This document shows positions 61,093-64,000 of a DNA stretch of 64,000 bases, piece by piece. The notes below the pieces were generated by a model, which was given only the letters and a program-made list of their open reading frames with translations, did not search any database and was not told the origin of the DNA. Every line of letters starts with the position of its first letter. Positions within the stretch are counted from its first letter, which is position 1. A program made the position numbers and the translations under genes. The DNA is from Klebsormidium nitens (taxonomy: Eukaryota > Plantae > Klebsormidiophyceae), in NCBI GenBank assembly GCA_000708835.1, contig DF237350.1:1-64000 (forward strand). The letters are read 5' to 3'.

Positions 61093-64000
61093 ATGCTTCG
61101 TCTAGAGCCTATCAACTCAGAGGGCAAAGTGCTGTGCACATGTAAGTTTTGCACATCGCGAGGGAGTGGGGCTGCTCCGGGAGGAGGACGGTATATTTGC
61201 GCTTCCGCAAGAAGAAAGCACCTTGCACTCGACAGCTCATGCAGGGCTCATGCAGATGTTGCCACTGCAGCACGCTTGGAGCAGCTGCAAGGGGGCTCAG
61301 AAGATCAAGATTGGGGGTCGGGTGATATTGATGGGGCGAGTTGCCTGGATCCTGCAGATCAGGCTTGTCATGAAGAGAAAAGACGGGAAAGCAGCAGGCC
61401 CAATCCTTCTGAGTCAGAATCTGGAAGCAGCAGGCGGGCTGAAAGCGTTGCAGGAGAACGGGCAAGCATTGGCAGCTGGTTCACAGGCGTGCAACTACCA
61501 GACTTCGAGTATGCAGATGACTCAGAATCGCATGGAAACGGACCAGCGCAAGGCGCTCCTGTGTCTGAAGTAGAGCTAAAACTCATGGACTGTCTGGTTG
61601 ACTTGGTGAAGATTGGAGACAAAGCAGGTCTTAGCAACGAAATCATGGACAAGCTTGTGAAGCTATGCTTCTCTAGGACCAACTCTATCGCCGCAGCCAT
61701 CGACCCTCGATGGAAGGAAACGGTGGACAGGCTGAATCTGCCACAGTCTCATGACCAGGTAGGCCCCTACTGTCCTTGTGTCCGTGTGAAGAGGCAATAA
61801 TACATATATATAGATGCTGCAACATCTGTAGTCAATATTGCCTGGTTGTGTCCTAGTGAAGTCCATCAGCGAGTAGTGTTTGAGCTCTTGCCCGTACCTC
61901 TCTAGTTGAAAGCAGCTTAACCGACAAAGCCAACGACCTGAAAACCCTGTTTTGTGACTCTTCTCGACCCGTCTTCTTTGCATCTGCCACGTAGAATCTA
62001 AGAAGCTTTTGCACTCTTTGCACTCTTTGCGCTCTTCTCATCCCCAGTTCCTATTCCCCAAAAAGCCTTCTTGTGGCCCTTTTGACGACTTACTTAACTT
62101 CGCCAGGTCCACCTCCAACCAGCTTCCGAAAACCCGTTTCAAAACACCTACTTTTGTCTCCTTTCTCTTTTTCCGCAGTCTGTGCCACGTGCCCGAACCC
62201 TATTTTTGGCTCGATAACCCACGCTCCCAGCTGAATCAAATCTTCTAAATCCGCTGTGGTGTCCAAATGCTCAACCCCCTGATTTTCTTGTCCGTTAATC
62301 ACCTCCGAGAACCTTCTTTTCGTCCCCCCCGAGCTGGCAGAGTAGCTCTTAGTTAACCCTCTGCGCAGACCCGTTTTTTGATCCGATTACCGGACGAAAC
62401 GATTCGAAACTTTAATTGAATGCAAGTTTCTGGATGGTTGTTCCAGACATACATCACCCTAAATCTCTTGGCCGTTCGTTTCCGTACAAAGCGGGACCCG
62501 TTTTGTCAACATGCTTTTCAGCCCCCCTGTTTGACACAGCCGTGTTTTTGATGACGTCAGCACGATCCACTCTGAGACGGACTTCGTCCGACCATCATTT
62601 TCCGTACTTTCATGTCTTCCTTACAGACTCCAACCTTCGGCCGACCCTATTTCTCAATCGAAACCTCTAAACCGACTGTTCACAAAATCCCTCTTCGCCA
62701 GGTACGGCCCAGCCATGTCTGGCAAAGTACCCCAGGTTCCGCAGCTAACCGAAAAACACTTACCCACTTTTTAATTCTTCGACCTTGATAATTTTTAAGA
62801 GGGCGTTGAACCGAACACACGTACTCCGCGTTTCAGATCTGAAGTCCGAAAGGTTTTGAATCCGGCGCTTCAGTTCAAAATCTGGCTCCCATCTTAAGCC
62901 TCTCTCCAAACAGCTCGATCTTTGCTGACGTCAGCGCTTCCCACACTGGCATCAGAACCTTCCAAACCCTGATATCGACTTTCTGTCTTTCCTATCTCAA
63001 TTGCACCCCTTTTGGTCAGAGTTTACGGTCCCAGCTCCAGCATCTGAAACTCCGCCCCTCGTATCACTTCTACAGAAAACACCGTGAAACGCATCTGTAC
63101 AGATTTCAGAACCAATCACTCGAATGCCAATTCGGCAACTGCAGCTGAAACGGTGCTGAAAAGGTGCACTCCTCTTCTTTTGCAGGTGACGAACTACCTC
63201 GCAAGGTCGTCACGTCTACTTGGAGAAGTCCAAACGTACCGCTGGCACCCCGGCCCCGAGAAAGGGCAAGACAAGGGCCACTGGCATCTTTTTGCACCCA
63301 GTTCAGAGGACAACAAGTCCACCCCGTGCCCCGAGTGCGAAGACCGACCAGGCAGGCCAGCGTGGCGCGACTGCCCCGAACACCAAGAAAAGTGCCCCGA
63401 CTGCGGGTTCTTGCGCCGGGATGCCTTTGAACTCCCCTTCATCTCCCCCGAGCTGCATGCTCGCGCAAAGCTAACCACGGTCGAGGGGTGCAAGGACGCC
63501 ACGGTCAGAGGGGCTTGGGGCGAGCGAGACCACTGGTTGGGGCAACCGAAAGGGGGGGTACACGAGCCGCAGTCCGAAGTCTGGGACGGGGAGAGGTGGC
63601 GAGACGACGCCGCTTTCTTCGACCCCCAGTCCAGCTTCCTCTTGCCCTTGAGATGCAGTGAGTGCTGCAAAGCACGGAACGTGTATTGCGCCCAAAATTT
63701 TCGACCCCCGTGGTTCACCCGACCGACCCCCCAGATGTGGTGTGCCGAACGGAAGCGCTTCGAAACTCGGTGTCCGATCTGCAAGAGTGCAGTCGTGGCC
63801 ACTTTGGAAGAGCTCCAAAAACGGGGGGATCCAAGGAACCTGAAGCTCGGACTTCACCTGGACGGGTTTCCTGCGGCGAGCACTTCAAACAAGTCGAGCT
63901 GCATTATGGACATCTTCCCGATGACAGTGTCGAAGCTGACCCTGCACAAGGCAGCGAGATTGGCTGTGGCCTGTCATGTACCCCCAGAAGATGCAGATGG
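61093..64000 (+). CDS. CACTA/EnSpm Tnp2-family transposase, 3'-partial; exons 61093-61758 and 63186->64000
   Basis: N-terminal CTCKFC...RRKHL motif. A phase-0 splice CAG|gtaggc...ttgcag|GTG gives LPQSHDQ-VTNYL. Then CPEC/CPDCG, SEVWDGERW and DPRNLKLGLHLDGF (first catalytic Asp). The frame stays open to the window end. Confidence 0.88.
62100..62800 (+). repeat. Right arm of the ~700-bp inverted repeat (transposase intron)
   Basis: Reverse complement of 56570-57250. Lies inside intron 61759-63185. Confidence 0.85.

Larger units (their letters stand above)
51756..64000. mobile_element. CACTA/EnSpm (CMC superfamily) DNA transposon, left 12.2 kb; right end outside the window
   Basis: Candidate terminus CACAGGAAGGAAA at 51756 directly precedes a subterminal repeat array. 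A Tnp2-type transposase starts at 61093, and a second spliced gene lies between. The terminus position is inferred. Confidence 0.78.

Noticed and set aside
63552-63558. Suspected frameshift at the G7 run in the transposase
   Set aside because: Codon counting gives AAA GGG GGG GTA CAC in frame.

Overview
Eukaryotic, intron-containing, GC-rich DNA. Gene style and plant-type homologues suggest a streptophyte alga such as Klebsormidium (inference). Four zones. (1) 0.7-3.5 kb: the 3' exons of NEMF/Rqc2. (2) About 4-44 kb and 49-51 kb: a graveyard of heavily decayed, mutually similar gene fragments. Hand translation across frameshifts recovers motifs of TORNADO1/DAPK-like Roco (Roc-COR) proteins. 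The zone also holds segmental duplications, a short LRR insertion and a hAT-type MITE. (3) 45.3-48.8 kb: an intact 7-exon PCC13-62-like desiccation-related (ferritin-like) gene. (4) 51.76 kb to the window end: the left part of a large CACTA/EnSpm (CMC) DNA transposon. It has a CAC terminus, a CCGGGCA subterminal array and a spliced Tnp2-type transposase with a Cys-rich insertion. It also has a divergent 10-exon second gene (SAM-like domain, two duplicated 195-bp C4HC2H finger exons, SAP/LEM-like tail) with a stop codon exactly at a skippable exon end. A ~700-bp element is shared in inverted orientation by introns of both genes. No rRNA, tRNA or CRISPR array seen. All alignments and identities were judged by eye; no searches were run.
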